The position numbers and the translations under genes were made by a program. Shown here in pieces: positions 8,412 through 18,795 of a stretch of DNA of 64,000 nt. Under the pieces are notes generated by a model. That model had not been told where the DNA came from. It did not search any database and worked only from the letters and a program-made list of their open reading frames with translations. Origin of the DNA: an uncultured Bifidobacteriaceae bacterium (GTDB lineage: Bacteria; Verrucomicrobiota; Verrucomicrobiia; Limisphaerales; UBA11358). The DNA lies in NCBI GenBank assembly GCA_964444085.1, contig CAYUGC010000001.1:9857-73856 (forward strand). Direction: 5' to 3'. How positions within the stretch are numbered: position 1 is the stretch's first letter; each line of letters begins with the position of its first letter.

Positions 8412-9704
8412 ATGCGATCAACCGCTAAACTTATTGCCGTGCTGTCGCTGCCGGTGCTCGCGACAGTTTCCGCGACGGCGCAGGAAGCCGTCCGCAACGT
8501 CCAAGCCGGCGACGCGGCGGCCACGACGCGCATCATCCAAACAGATCCCGACCAGTCGAAAGATTACACTTTTAAGGACGGTGATTTCCGAATGTTGCTC
8601 CAGCCGTCACTCGGCTTGGTTTGGAACGACAACGTCGGACTCTCGCGCAACAATGTCATCAGCGACGTCATCGTGCGGCCGTCGGTCGGACTCGTAGCCA
8701 GCTATCCGCTTGCGCAGAACAACCTTCTATTTATTGATATTTCGCTGGGTTACGACTGGTATTTGCAACACACGGCGTTGAGCACGCTGGCCTTGGATTC
8801 ATCTTCCGGCACGGGGCTTTCCTTCGACCTCGGCGTGCAGGACTTTAATTTTAATTTTCACGACTGGATAAGTTACGTCCAGGATTCCGCGCAGACACCG
8901 AACGCGGCGAATACGGCCAACTACGGCACGTTCCGCAACACCGCCGGCGTGCTGGGCACCTGGGACATGAACCAGGTGGTCTTGTCGCTTGGCTACGACC
9001 ACGAGGACGTGCTGGCCACGAGCAGCTCGTTCAACAGCATCAATCACTCGGCGGAAATGCTCAACGTCCGCGCTGGTTTGAAGGTGAGTTCGCACCTGAC
9101 CACGGGCGTGGAGGGCACGGCGGCATTCACGACTTACGAGCAGTCGGTCTTGAACGGCAACGCCGCCTACACCGCCGGCGGCTACGCGGATTGGCATCCG
9201 GGCAAGGCGTTCGCGGCCACGGTGCGCGGCGGGTTCACGACTTATCAATTTCAGAATACCAGCAAGGCGTCCGGCACCAATGCGTCAATCCACACCGGCA
9301 ATCTGAATTCCTGGTATGGCAGCATCCTCCTGTCGCATCAGCCGCGCGAATCCTTGAGCTATTCGCTGGAGGCCGGCCACGAGGTGCAGCTTGGCATCCA
9401 GTCGGACTTGCTGGAGGACTGGTATGTCCGTCCGAGCATCACTTGGAAAATCATCAAGAACATGAATTTCACCACCGCGTTATTCTACGAGCACGGCGAA
9501 CAGGGCGTCGCTGACAAGGGCGGCAACCTGCGCGAAAATTTCGACTGGTATGGCGGCCAGTTGCTCCTCCAGCAACGGCTGACCAAGCGATTTACGGTCG
9601 GCGCGATTTATCGCCTGACCCTGCGCGCTTCAGACTCAAAAACATCGAACCAGGGCTACACGCAAAATCTCATCGGACTGCAACTCACCTATCATCCGCA
9701 ATGA
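8412..9704 (+). CDS. Putative outer-membrane beta-barrel protein, first gene of the export module
   Basis: Signal peptide MRSTAKLIAVLSLPVLATVSATAQ. Alternating amphipathic beta-strand pattern throughout, rich in aromatic/Gly/Ser/Thr. 4-nt overlap with the Wza-like gene. Confidence 0.55.
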   Translation: MRSTAKLIAVLSLPVLATVSATAQEAVRNVQAGDAAATTRIIQTDPDQSKDYTFKDGDFRMLLQPSLGLVWNDNVGLSRNNVISDVIVRPSVGLVASYPLAQNNLLFIDISLGYDWYLQHTALSTLALDSSSGTGLSFDLGVQDFNFNFHDWISYVQDSAQTPNAANTANYGTFRNTAGVLGTWDMNQVVLSLGYDHEDVLATSSSFNSINHSAEMLNVRAGLKVSSHLTTGVEGTAAFTTYEQSVLNGNAAYTAGGYADWHPGKAFAATVRGGFTTYQFQNTSKASGTNASIHTGNLNSWYGSILLSHQPRESLSYSLEAGHEVQLGIQSDLLEDWYVRPSITWKIIKNMNFTTALFYEHGEQGVADKGGNLRENFDWYGGQLLLQQRLTKRFTVGAIYRLTLRASDSKTSNQGYTQNLIGLQLTYHPQ

Positions 9705-10381
9705 ACCGCTGTCTCCGCCAATTTTCGCGCTTCGATTTGACGTGGTTCGGCCTCGTCGCGCTGCTCGCGTTTTTGCTGCCGGGAAATTCGTTCGCGGCAG
9801 ACACCAACAATTTCGCGATGGACAACACGGCGCTCCGCGTCGGCGCGATGGACGACAAATACCGGCTGTCCGTCGGCGACCAGTTGAGCTTTCAGGTCAT
9901 GGAGGACGAGGAAGACCCGAAGTTGCTCACCGTCACCGATTCCGGCGACTTGCAGGTGCCCAATATCGGACGTTTTCCGGCGGCGGGCAAGACGTGCAAG
10001 CAACTGGCCGCCGGCCTCAAGGTGGAGCTGGAAAAAACTTATTACTACCACGCCACGGTCATTGTGACGGTGGACGCCAAGCCGCGCAGCAGCGGCAAGA
10101 TATACATCGTCGGCGCCATTCACGGGCCAGGCTCGCAGGACATTGGAGGCGACGAGACGCTGACCGTGAGCCGCGCCGTCCTGCGCGCCGGCGGATTCAC
10201 GGAATTTGCCGACCAGAAAAATGTTCGCGTCACGCGCGCCCCGGCGGCGGGCGGCGCGGACGCGAAGAAGGTTTTCACCGTGAACGTCGCCCAGGTTTTT
10301 GAGAAGGGCAAAACCGAGAACGACCTGGAGTTGCTGCCCGGCGACTTGATTTTTGTGCCCGAACGGATGATCCGGTTTTGA
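9701..10381 (+). CDS. Polysaccharide export protein (Wza/OPX family, short form)
   Basis: Poly_export-like block YRLSVGDQLSFQV...GDLQVPNIGRFPAAGKTCKQL. SLBB-like block IYIVGAIHGPG...TVSRAVLRAGG. Ends LLPGDLIFVPE. Confidence 0.8.
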   Translation: MNRCLRQFSRFDLTWFGLVALLAFLLPGNSFAADTNNFAMDNTALRVGAMDDKYRLSVGDQLSFQVMEDEEDPKLLTVTDSGDLQVPNIGRFPAAGKTCKQLAAGLKVELEKTYYYHATVIVTVDAKPRSSGKIYIVGAIHGPGSQDIGGDETLTVSRAVLRAGGFTEFADQKNVRVTRAPAAGGADAKKVFTVNVAQVFEKGKTENDLELLPGDLIFVPERMIRF

Positions 10382-10386
10382 ACCGC

Positions 10387-12546
10387 ATGAAAGATTTGAT
10401 CCCCATTTCGCCTTCGGATTCGGGCCTGCAACTGCTGGAGCCGATGCGGGCGGGCGGCCAGGAACCGGCCGCGCCCAAGTTCCGCATCCAGAAACTGTGG
10501 ATGTTTCTGCGCCAATACTGGTGGATTCCGGTGGCCGCGCTGACATTGAGTTTGAGCGTGGCCATGGTGATTTTTTTCCGCACGCCGCCGGTGTTTTTTT
10601 CCGTCGGCAGCCTGTGGGAGACGGAGAAATTGCGGTTGCCCGACGGCGCGGCGTTCGCCGAGGATCGGGACCATTACCTCGGCACGCAGAACGATGTGCT
10701 CCGCAGCAAAATCCTCCGCGACCTCACGTTGACCCGGCTGCGGGCGACGGATACCAACAGCATCATCCTCGACGAGAACGGCGACCCGCTGGCGGTCGAG
10801 GTCGAGGTGGATTCCGCCCCCAAAAGCTCGGTCTATCTCGTGCAGGCCTCGAGCGCCAACCCGGCGTTCACGCCTCGCTATCTCAACGCGCTGATGGAGC
10901 AGTATCTGGAATATCGCAAAAATGTCCGCAGCCGCGTTTCGTCCGGCACGCTCGCCTCGATCTCCGAGCAGGTGCAGCGACTCGAACGCGACATGAAGCA
11001 GGGCCAGGAGGCGCTCAACGAATACGAGCGCAGCAACAACTTCACGATGATGGCGGAAGAAAGCGCGCAGGAGGTCGCCTATCTGACGAAGCTGAAAACC
11101 GAGCTGTCCGACTACCAGTTACAATACAAGCTGCTCGCCGCGAAGGAACTTGAGGACAACTCCGGCGACGCCAGCCGGGCGAACTCCAAGGACACCATTT
11201 TTGACACGTTGAACAATAACAGTTCCGCCCGCAATGCCGGCGGCGACCGGGCGAACGCGGACAAGGAAATCAAGCTGCTCAAGCTGGAACGCGCGCGGCT
11301 CGCCAAAAACCTGCGCCCCACCCATCCCAAAATGGTCAAGCTGGACCAGGACATCAACCGTGCCGAGCGGCTCGTCGAGGTTTATCACCGCCAAAGCCAG
11401 GACCAGATCGCCGCCGCGCGCGAGGCGCTCCAGATCAAAATTGACAGCCTCGACCAGGCCGTCAAGGACTGGGAAAACAAAATCGCCGGCGTCAACGAGC
11501 GCATTGCCGTCGCCGACGGTCTTAAGCAAAACGTCCTGCGGAATCAAGGCCTTTACGACCGCCTGACCGCGCTGCTGCAAAACGTGGACATCAGCCGCAA
11601 CATTGATCAGGAAACGCTGGCCATCCTCGAACCCGCCTCGCCAGCAAGGCGTTCCTATTCGCAGGCCAAAACGATGCTGACGCAGGCCTTCATCGTTGGG
11701 CTCGGCCTTGGTCTGGGTATCGTCTTTCTCATCACCTTGCGCGACGACCGGTTCAATTCCATGAGCGAGGTCACCGAGCGTTTCGGCGACACCGTTGTCG
11801 GCCAGGTGCCGGAAATGCCGGAGCTGGCGCAGCCCGGCCCGCTCGTCCTGCTGCACGACAACGACGACCGGCATATGTTTGCCGAGTCGTATCGCAATCT
11901 CCGCTCCGCGCTGCTTTACCTCACCGTGGACGGCAAGCGACCGCGCGTGCTGCTCGTCACCAGCGCGGTGCCGAACGAGGGCAAGTCCACCATCGCCACC
12001 AACCTCACCCGCGCGATGGCGCTCGGCGGCTCGAAGGTGCTGCTGATTGACGGCGACCTGCGCAAGGGCCACATTCACGACCGGCTCGCGGTGCCATCCA
12101 AGCCTGGCCTGCACGAACTGCTCCGCCGGCAGGCGGAGCTGGAAGCCGTCATCCAAAAAACCGACCTGCCAAATCTTTTCTTCATCGCGCGCGGCAACGT
12201 CTGCCGCAATCCCGGCGATTTGTTTTTACAGCCGCTGTTCGATGAACTGCTCGCGCAGCTTCGTGAGCAATACGATTACATCGTGCTGGATTGCAGCCCG
12301 GTGTTCGCGGCGGACGATTCCTCCACGCTCGCGCCGAAGGTGGACGGCACGCTGTTTGTCGTGCGCAACCAGTTCACGCACGCCCGCGCCGTGCGCGAGG
12401 CGCTGGAGCTTTTGTTCCAACGGCAGGCGCGCGTGCTCGGCCTGATTTTGAACCGCGCGGACTCGACCGCCAGCAATTATTACTCCTACAAATACGCGGA
12501 GTATTACGCGGTCAATACCGAGGCGGCGGACGATAAAAAATCTTGA
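10387..12546 (+). CDS. Polysaccharide co-polymerase / tyrosine autokinase (Wzc, GumC/EpsG-like, PCP-2a)
   Basis: Two TM segments flank a long coiled-coil periplasmic region. Walker A VTSAVPNEGKSTIATNL. Walker B-like YIVLDCSP. C-terminal tyrosine cluster SNYYSYKYAEYY. Confidence 0.85.
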   Translation: MKDLIPISPSDSGLQLLEPMRAGGQEPAAPKFRIQKLWMFLRQYWWIPVAALTLSLSVAMVIFFRTPPVFFSVGSLWETEKLRLPDGAAFAEDRDHYLGTQNDVLRSKILRDLTLTRLRATDTNSIILDENGDPLAVEVEVDSAPKSSVYLVQASSANPAFTPRYLNALMEQYLEYRKNVRSRVSSGTLASISEQVQRLERDMKQGQEALNEYERSNNFTMMAEESAQEVAYLTKLKTELSDYQLQYKLLAAKELEDNSGDASRANSKDTIFDTLNNNSSARNAGGDRANADKEIKLLKLERARLAKNLRPTHPKMVKLDQDINRAERLVEVYHRQSQDQIAAAREALQIKIDSLDQAVKDWENKIAGVNERIAVADGLKQNVLRNQGLYDRLTALLQNVDISRNIDQETLAILEPASPARRSYSQAKTMLTQAFIVGLGLGLGIVFLITLRDDRFNSMSEVTERFGDTVVGQVPEMPELAQPGPLVLLHDNDDRHMFAESYRNLRSALLYLTVDGKRPRVLLVTSAVPNEGKSTIATNLTRAMALGGSKVLLIDGDLRKGHIHDRLAVPSKPGLHELLRRQAELEAVIQKTDLPNLFFIARGNVCRNPGDLFLQPLFDELLAQLREQYDYIVLDCSPVFAADDSSTLAPKVDGTLFVVRNQFTHARAVREALELLFQRQARVLGLILNRADSTASNYYSYKYAEYYAVNTEAADDKKS

Positions 12547-12741
12547 GGCCAATAGGGCTTCAAACTCCGGGCAACCGGCGATGGGCGAACCAAGCCGTTG
12601 CCCGGCTTTCGGGAGACCAGGCGGTAATTCTCCCGGACGCAGATGAAAAAACCAGATAACCGGCGTGTAGATTCCCGGCGCAAAATCGCGCTGCGAATTG
12701 ACCGGGACGAAGTCTGCCCGCAAATATTTTTGACCTGAACC

Positions 12742-14511
12742 ATGTCCATGCTGTTTTCATTTTTCCGGCTGCTCAAGCGCTGCTACCGCATGGCGCTGCC
12801 GTATGGCCGCGCGAAAATGCTCGGCGTGCTGGGATTGATTTTGTTCAACGGCGTGCTGCAGCTCGTCGGCGTCACGTCCGTCTTTCCGTTCTTCGCGCTC
12901 GCCGCCGACCCGGAACGCCTGCAAAAATCCGCGCTCGGCAGCCGGATCTTGCACCAACTCCCGCCGCTCACGACCAATCAACTGCTGGTCTGGGCCGGCG
13001 GCTTCGCCATCGCGATGCTCGTCATTGCCAGCATCGGCAGTCTGGCCAGCGAAGTCCTGCGCATCCGCTACGCCTACGGCTTCTGTCACTGGTTGCGCGG
13101 GCGTTTGTTTGAATCTTACGCCAGCCAGCCGTATTCATTTTTTCTCCGCCGCAACACCGCCGAGCTAAACCAGCGGATGTTTGACGTGCAGATGTTCATC
13201 CAGAACGTCCTGCTGCCCGTCGGCGAAATCCTGACCCGGCTGGTCATCGTCGTGCTGCTCATCGCCGCCGTCTTCGTGGTGCAGCCGTGGGTGGCGCTCG
13301 GCTCCGCCGTCATCTTCGGTGGATTTTATCTGCTCGTCTTTGTCTGGTTGCGTCCCCGCACCCGGGCCGTTTCCAACGGCCTGCAATTTCACACGGTGGG
13401 ATTTTGGAAAAACACCAGCCAGTTTTTGCAGGGCATCAAGACCGTGCTCGTCCATGGCAAAAGCCGGCACTTCATGGACCGTGCGCTGGAACACTCCGCG
13501 CGCATCGGCGATTTCTCCAGCAAGATCCCGATCTACAGCAACGGCCCGCGCTACCTCATCGAGCCCATTGCGTTCGGCGGATTGATGGCCGTCGTCGTGT
13601 TTCTCGCGCTGCGCGGACGTTCGTTCTCCGACATTTTGCCCAACCTCACCGTGATGGCCTTCGCCGGCTACCGATTGCTGCCCGCGCTGCAACTGCTCTA
13701 CGCCCAGCTCGTCACCATCGCGGCGAACAACTACACGTTGAAGCAGCTTGAAGAGGAAATTCTCGAAATCGAAAAACTGGTTCCGACCACCACTGCCGCT
13801 GCATCCGCCGCGCCATTGAAGTTCCAAAACAAATTGCGGCTGGAGCAAATTGCCTTCCAATACGCCGGCGCGACGGCTCCGGTGCTGAAAGATTTTTCCA
13901 TCGAGATCGCGAAGAACGAATCCGTCGGCATCGCCGGCTCGTCCGGCTCCGGCAAATCCACGCTGGTGGATTTGATTCTCGGATTGCACCAGCCACAGTC
14001 CGGCGCAATCCGCGTGGACGACGAGCCGCTTACCGTCAAAAATTACGACGCGTGGCGGCGCATGATCGGCTACGTGCCGCAGGACATTTACCTGCTCGAC
14101 GACACCATCGAGGCGAACATCGCCTTCGGCCTTGACCCGAAAAACGTGGACGCCGCCGCGTTGCGCGAGGCCGCGCTCGGCGCTCAGATTTTGGAATTTA
14201 TTGAAAAGGAATTGCCACAGGGAATGCACACCACCGTCGGCGAACGCGGCGTGCGTTTGTCCGGCGGCCAACGCCAGCGCATCGGTCTGGCGCGCGCGCT
14301 GTATCATCGCCCGCAGGTTTTGATTTTGGACGAGGCCACCAGCGCGCTCGACCATCAGACTGAACTCGCCGTGATGGAAACCATTCATCGTCTGCAAGGC
14401 ACGCTGACCATCATCACCATCGCGCACCGATTGAGCACGCTGGAACGCTGCGACCGCGTCATCCGCCTGCAAAAAGATTCGCCGGCAGCGGGCGAGGCCC
14501 CGCCACAATGA
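12742..14511 (+). CDS. ABC exporter, fused permease + ATPase (MsbA/PglK-type)
   Basis: N-terminal six-TM region. Walker A GSSGSGKST, signature LSGGQRQR, Walker B LILDEATSALD. Confidence 0.85.
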   Translation: MSMLFSFFRLLKRCYRMALPYGRAKMLGVLGLILFNGVLQLVGVTSVFPFFALAADPERLQKSALGSRILHQLPPLTTNQLLVWAGGFAIAMLVIASIGSLASEVLRIRYAYGFCHWLRGRLFESYASQPYSFFLRRNTAELNQRMFDVQMFIQNVLLPVGEILTRLVIVVLLIAAVFVVQPWVALGSAVIFGGFYLLVFVWLRPRTRAVSNGLQFHTVGFWKNTSQFLQGIKTVLVHGKSRHFMDRALEHSARIGDFSSKIPIYSNGPRYLIEPIAFGGLMAVVVFLALRGRSFSDILPNLTVMAFAGYRLLPALQLLYAQLVTIAANNYTLKQLEEEILEIEKLVPTTTAAASAAPLKFQNKLRLEQIAFQYAGATAPVLKDFSIEIAKNESVGIAGSSGSGKSTLVDLILGLHQPQSGAIRVDDEPLTVKNYDAWRRMIGYVPQDIYLLDDTIEANIAFGLDPKNVDAAALREAALGAQILEFIEKELPQGMHTTVGERGVRLSGGQRQRIGLARALYHRPQVLILDEATSALDHQTELAVMETIHRLQGTLTIITIAHRLSTLERCDRVIRLQKDSPAAGEAPPQ

Positions 14512-15698
14512 CCCGGAAGCCAAGAATTTTTTATTGCGCGTGGACGCCGCCGAGCACGGCGAGCGGTGCGTGCCTCGCCATGCGCCGGCATTTCATCGAG
14601 CGCAAAGATTTCGACACGTTTGTTTTCACCAACGAGCGTTTTGCCGACGACACGGTTCCGTTTCACATCGTCAACCGTCCCCGCTGGCTGGAGCGCGTGA
14701 TGCGCACGCGGTTGCGCCGGCTGGTCCGGCAAATGGAAATGTTGCTCATGGGCTGGTGGCTGCTGCCGCGTGCGCTCAAGCTGGCGCGCGAGTTCAAGCC
14801 GGACGTGGTTTTCACCATTCCCGACAATGATTTTAGCTGGTGCGCGTGGCTGCTCGCGCGGCGGCTGAAAATTCCGCTGGTGACAAATTTTCAGGACTGG
14901 TGGCCGCAGAATCAATTTTGGGCGGACACCGAACGGCCTTTCGGCGCGACGCGGCGCTGGCTGGAACGGCGCTTCCGCCGGATGTATCGCGACAGCGCGC
15001 TGGCGTTTTGCACCAGCGACGGCATGAAGGAATTTCTCGGCTCGCATCCCAATGCCGTGACCTTGCTTCCCTGTCCCGGCCAGCCGCCGGCCAATGTGCC
15101 GCCGGCGAAAGTTCCGGACGGTCGCCGGCCAACGCGGATTCTGTATGCCGGCACCGTTTCGGGCGATTACGGCCGGATGGTTTTGGCGCTCGCCAAACGG
15201 CTGGCGGATCAGCCGCAGTTTGAATTCTTGGTCTATGGCCCGCCGCCCGACTGGTCGCCGGAAGATGTTCAATGGGCGCGTGACCGGAAAATTTTCCACG
15301 GCTTCATTCCGCACGACCAGCTCCGCGCCGTGCTAGCCTCGGCGGATGCTTTTCTCGCCGTGATGAGCTTTGAAAAAAGTTTGGAGATCATGTCGCGCGT
15401 CAGCTTCACGACCAAATTTCTCGAATATACACAATACGGCCGGCCCGTCGTTTTTTGGGGGCCGGAATACTGCCAACCGGTGCGCGTGGCACGGGCGACC
15501 GGCTCCGGCCTCGCCGTCACCACGCCCGAAAGCGGCGCGGTCGTTGAAGGTTTGAACCGCCTGCGCGACGAGGCGGAATATCAACGTCTGGTGGCCGGGG
15601 CGAACCAGGTCGCCGCCACGATTTTCTCGCCGGAAACGATTCACGGAATTTTCCGCGACCGCATCCACGCGGTGCTCGCCGGCCGCCCCGGAATTTAG
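14508..15698 (+). CDS. Putative GT-B fold glycosyltransferase
   Basis: ATGA overlap with the ABC gene. The C-terminal half resembles the GT4 Rossmann domain (ILYAGTVSGDYG...GFIPHDQLRAVLASADAFL...KFLEY). No strong catalytic motif was recognised. Confidence 0.5.
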   Translation: MTRKPRIFYCAWTPPSTASGACLAMRRHFIERKDFDTFVFTNERFADDTVPFHIVNRPRWLERVMRTRLRRLVRQMEMLLMGWWLLPRALKLAREFKPDVVFTIPDNDFSWCAWLLARRLKIPLVTNFQDWWPQNQFWADTERPFGATRRWLERRFRRMYRDSALAFCTSDGMKEFLGSHPNAVTLLPCPGQPPANVPPAKVPDGRRPTRILYAGTVSGDYGRMVLALAKRLADQPQFEFLVYGPPPDWSPEDVQWARDRKIFHGFIPHDQLRAVLASADAFLAVMSFEKSLEIMSRVSFTTKFLEYTQYGRPVVFWGPEYCQPVRVARATGSGLAVTTPESGAVVEGLNRLRDEAEYQRLVAGANQVAATIFSPETIHGIFRDRIHAVLAGRPGI

Positions 15699-15704
15699 CC
15701 CACG

Positions 15705-16583
15705 ATGAAGCCTCCGCTATTTTTGCGTTTCGACGGTTTGGGCGACGCCCTGCTCGTCAACGCGGTCATGCATCAATACGCGCGGGAAAATGGCGGCAAG
15801 GTTTTTGTCGCCACGCGTTATCCTGAACTGTTCGCCGGCACGCCGCAGGTGGTTACGCTGCCGACCACCTCGCAGCGGCTGGCGCATCAGCTCGGCAAAT
15901 TAATGCGGCTGGTCGGGCTGGTGGACTCACTGGTGTATTTGAGTTACCAGCCCGGTGGGCCGGACGCCAAAATGCAGCCGCTGCCGGGCCACATTCTTTC
16001 TATTCTCTCCGCCAAGGCCGGCGTGAAAACTGCGCCGGTGCGCCCGGTGTTGTTTCTCCGCCCGGAAGAATTGCGCGCCGCCGTCCTGCCGGCCGGTGAC
16101 AAACCGTGGATTGCCATGCAATCCACCGGTATCACCACGATGACGGACAACAAAAACTGGTTTCTGGACCGGTTTCAGGCCGTCGCCCGGCAACTGCGCC
16201 AACAATTTCGCATCGCGCAATTCGGCCTGGCGTCCGACCCGCTCATCGAAAACGATCTGGATTTGCGCGACCGCATCAGCCCGCGCCGGGCGGCGGCCAC
16301 GCTGGCTTCGTGCCGCGCGCTGATTTGTCAGGAAGGCTATTTGATGCACGCGGCCACGGCGGTCGGCACGCCGGCGGTGGTTATCTTCGGCGGGTTTATT
16401 TCGCCCGCCGAAAGCGGTTACGACGTGAACGAAAATCTTTTCACCCAGCTCGACTGCGCGCCGTGCTGGCTGCGCACGCCATGTCCCTACGACAAGGAAT
16501 GCATGAAGCAAATTTCCGTCGCGAACGTGCTGTCGGCGCTGGAAAAATTATTGGCGCGGCATCCCGTCCAAAATCGCGCTTGA
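15705..16583 (+). CDS. Glycosyltransferase family 9 (heptosyltransferase-like)
   Basis: N-terminal [12 protein letters not shown]-terminal [20 protein letters not shown] and CAPCW...[13 protein letters not shown], typical of GT9. Confidence 0.7.
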   Translation: MKPPLFLRFDGLGDALLVNAVMHQYARENGGKVFVATRYPELFAGTPQVVTLPTTSQRLAHQLGKLMRLVGLVDSLVYLSYQPGGPDAKMQPLPGHILSILSAKAGVKTAPVRPVLFLRPEELRAAVLPAGDKPWIAMQSTGITTMTDNKNWFLDRFQAVARQLRQQFRIAQFGLASDPLIENDLDLRDRISPRRAAATLASCRALICQEGYLMHAATAVGTPAVVIFGGFISPAESGYDVNENLFTQLDCAPCWLRTPCPYDKECMKQISVANVLSALEKLLARHPVQNRA

Positions 16584-17821
16584 AAATTGCCCACTACAAC
16601 ACCCACGCCGACGGCGGTTCGGCAGTTTTGATGCTGCGGTTGCACGCCGCGCTGCGCGAACTTGGCCATGACAGCCGCGTTCGTTATCGGAAAGGAAGCC
16701 TCGCTCTGCCGGAAGCCGAGCGGCGGGAATTTTGCCGGAGCTGGCTCGACCTCCAGCGCGAACGCGTGCGGCAGCGTTTTGAAACCTGGGCGATGCGCCC
16801 CGATGCGCCGTCGTTTTTCGGACGTTACCGCTCGCCGCAGCCCACGCTGCCGGCGGCGGACGATGCGGCGGCGGACATCGTGCATCTGCACTGGGTCAGC
16901 CAGTGGCTCGACCTGCCGAGTTTTCTGGCCGCGATTCCGAAACACATTCCGATTGTCTGGACGATCCACGACATGAGCGCGCTGGCCGGCGGCTGCTTCA
17001 CCGATTTCGGCTGCGACCAAATGGAAAAGACCTGCGCGGTTTGTCCGGTGTTCAAGCCGCCGTTCAACCGCTGGCTCGCCGCGCGGGAATGGCACCGCCG
17101 TTCCCGCGCACTCGCCGGGCGGAAGATTTTCGCCGTCGGCAACAGCGTCTTCACCACCGGCCTCATCAAAAAATCCGCGCTGTTTGCCGACGTGAAAAAA
17201 ATCGCGACCATCCATCCGGCGGTGAAAACCGGCGAGTTCATCCGCCACGAAAAAATGGCCGCCCGCCGACAACTCGGCCTCGCCCCGAACCGTTTCGTCT
17301 TGGGTTTTGGGGCCACGTCGTTAACCGACATTAACAAAGGTTTCAAACGGTTTTGGGACGTTGCGGAAAAAGTCGGCCAAAAACTTGGCGCGGTGGACGC
17401 GCTGGTTTTCGGCGACGGCCTGCCGGCGGTCAGCCGCGCGCGGGTGAATGTGCGCGGCCTTGGCCGGCTGTCGTCGCCGGCGCAGCAAAGCCTCGCGTAT
17501 TCGGCGATGGACGTTTTCATCGTCGCCTCGCGCATGGAAACTTTCGGGCTGGTCGCCACCGAGGCGCAGGCGTGCGGCACGCCGGTGTGGGCGTTCGATG
17601 TTGGCGGTCTGCGCGACGCGGTGCAGGCCGGCGTGACCGGAAATCTGGTGCCGTTCGGCAACACGGAACGGATGGCCGAGGAAATATGCGCGCAAGCCCG
17701 CTCCGGAAATCTGCCGGCGATGGGCGACCGCGCGGCGGCGTGGGTGCGGGAAAATTTCCCGGCGGAAAAAATGGCGGCGCAATATCTGGAACTTTACCAC
17801 GAGGCAATCGCCGAAAAATGA
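16580..17821 (+). CDS. Glycosyltransferase family 4
   Basis: TTG start overlaps the upstream stop (TTGA). Begins [15 protein letters not shown]-terminal EtFG-type motif [20 protein letters not shown]. The long N-terminal extension in the ORF track (from 16106) overlaps the GT9 gene in another frame and was rejected. Confidence 0.75.
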   Translation: MKIAHYNTHADGGSAVLMLRLHAALRELGHDSRVRYRKGSLALPEAERREFCRSWLDLQRERVRQRFETWAMRPDAPSFFGRYRSPQPTLPAADDAAADIVHLHWVSQWLDLPSFLAAIPKHIPIVWTIHDMSALAGGCFTDFGCDQMEKTCAVCPVFKPPFNRWLAAREWHRRSRALAGRKIFAVGNSVFTTGLIKKSALFADVKKIATIHPAVKTGEFIRHEKMAARRQLGLAPNRFVLGFGATSLTDINKGFKRFWDVAEKVGQKLGAVDALVFGDGLPAVSRARVNVRGLGRLSSPAQQSLAYSAMDVFIVASRMETFGLVATEAQACGTPVWAFDVGGLRDAVQAGVTGNLVPFGNTERMAEEICAQARSGNLPAMGDRAAAWVRENFPAEKMAAQYLELYHEAIAEK

Positions 17822-18795
17822 GCGCGCCGATGAACATCGTTTTCTGCGCCGACCGCCGCGTGCTGCCCGGCCTGCACGTCGCGATGTATTCGCTGCTGGA
17901 CCGCATCGGCGCGGCGGTGGCGGAAACGCGCTTTTATCTTTTCAGCGACGATTTCGCCGACGGCGATTTGGAATTATTGAGGCAAACACTTTCCGCCACC
18001 GGCAAACCATTCACGCTGGAGCTGTGCCGCGTGGATGCGAAATTGTTCGCCAATTTTCCGCCGTTGAACGGCAGCCATGCCACCTACTACCGGCTGATGG
18101 CGGTTCAGGTGTTGCCGGTGGAGCGGTTTCTTTATGTGGACGCCGACACACTGTGCGACGTGGACGTGGGTGAGCTGAAAGCGTTTGATTTTTGCGGCGC
18201 GCCCGCCGCGCTCGTGCCGGAAGCGCCGCTGGCCGGCGCGGTGGACCGGTTTGTCGCCGAACAGCTCGGCAACAGCGCGACGGAGCCTTACTTCAATTGC
18301 GGCGTGATTCTGGTCAACGTGCCGGAATGGCGGCGGCAGCGCGTGACCGAGCGAGCGATGGAATACATCGCCAAATACCGGCCGCCGTTCCACGACCAGT
18401 CGGCGGTGAATGCCGTTCTGCACGGCCAAATCGCAAGGCTGCCCGAAAAATTCAACTGCATCGCCAATATGCGGAAACATTGGCCGGCTCTGCGTCCCAC
18501 CGGCGTGCCGCTCGACCGGCTGGTGCATTTTCTGGATTATCCGAAGCCGTGGGATTGGCTCGGCGAATTCGTTAATCCGCATCACCGGCTCTGGCGCGCG
18601 GCGCTGGAAAAGACGGCGCTAAAAAATTTCCGCTCGTGGCACGCCACGCCGGCGCGGAAATTTCCGCAGACGTGCAAGGCCTGGGCCGGCTATAAGAAAT
18701 CTTTTAAGGACCGCTGGCTGTTTGCCGGCTATTCACGCGGCTGGCTGAAGCAGGTCAAAGGCTTGCCGGATCAAAACGTGGAGGCGGTGACGTGA
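17818..18795 (+). CDS. Glycosyltransferase family 8
   Basis: [21 protein letters not shown]. DxD in [34 protein letters not shown] overlap with the upstream gene. Confidence 0.8.
   Translation: MSAPMNIVFCADRRVLPGLHVAMYSLLDRIGAAVAETRFYLFSDDFADGDLELLRQTLSATGKPFTLELCRVDAKLFANFPPLNGSHATYYRLMAVQVLPVERFLYVDADTLCDVDVGELKAFDFCGAPAALVPEAPLAGAVDRFVAEQLGNSATEPYFNCGVILVNVPEWRRQRVTERAMEYIAKYRPPFHDQSAVNAVLHGQIARLPEKFNCIANMRKHWPALRPTGVPLDRLVHFLDYPKPWDWLGEFVNPHHRLWRAALEKTALKNFRSWHATPARKFPQTCKAWAGYKKSFKDRWLFAGYSRGWLKQVKGLPDQNVEAVT

Noticed and set aside
12620-12627. GGCGGTAA as an RfaH-type ops element.
   Set aside because: It matches only 7 of 8 positions of GGCGGTAG. The same octamer also occurs inside the AraC CDS (around 7546). 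In 128 kb of two-strand GC-rich sequence such a match is expected by chance. I kept it only as a note in the leader finding.
16106-16579. N-terminal extensions given by the ORF track for several genes. Track starts are 16106, 17353, 20505, 21329, 24226, 29608, 46765, 55745, 57705, 3794-5047(-) and 50496-51950(-).
   Set aside because: The extensions overlap the preceding gene in another frame and are compositionally Arg/Pro-rich. An internal start immediately after, or overlapping, the upstream stop gives a protein with a family-typical N-terminus.
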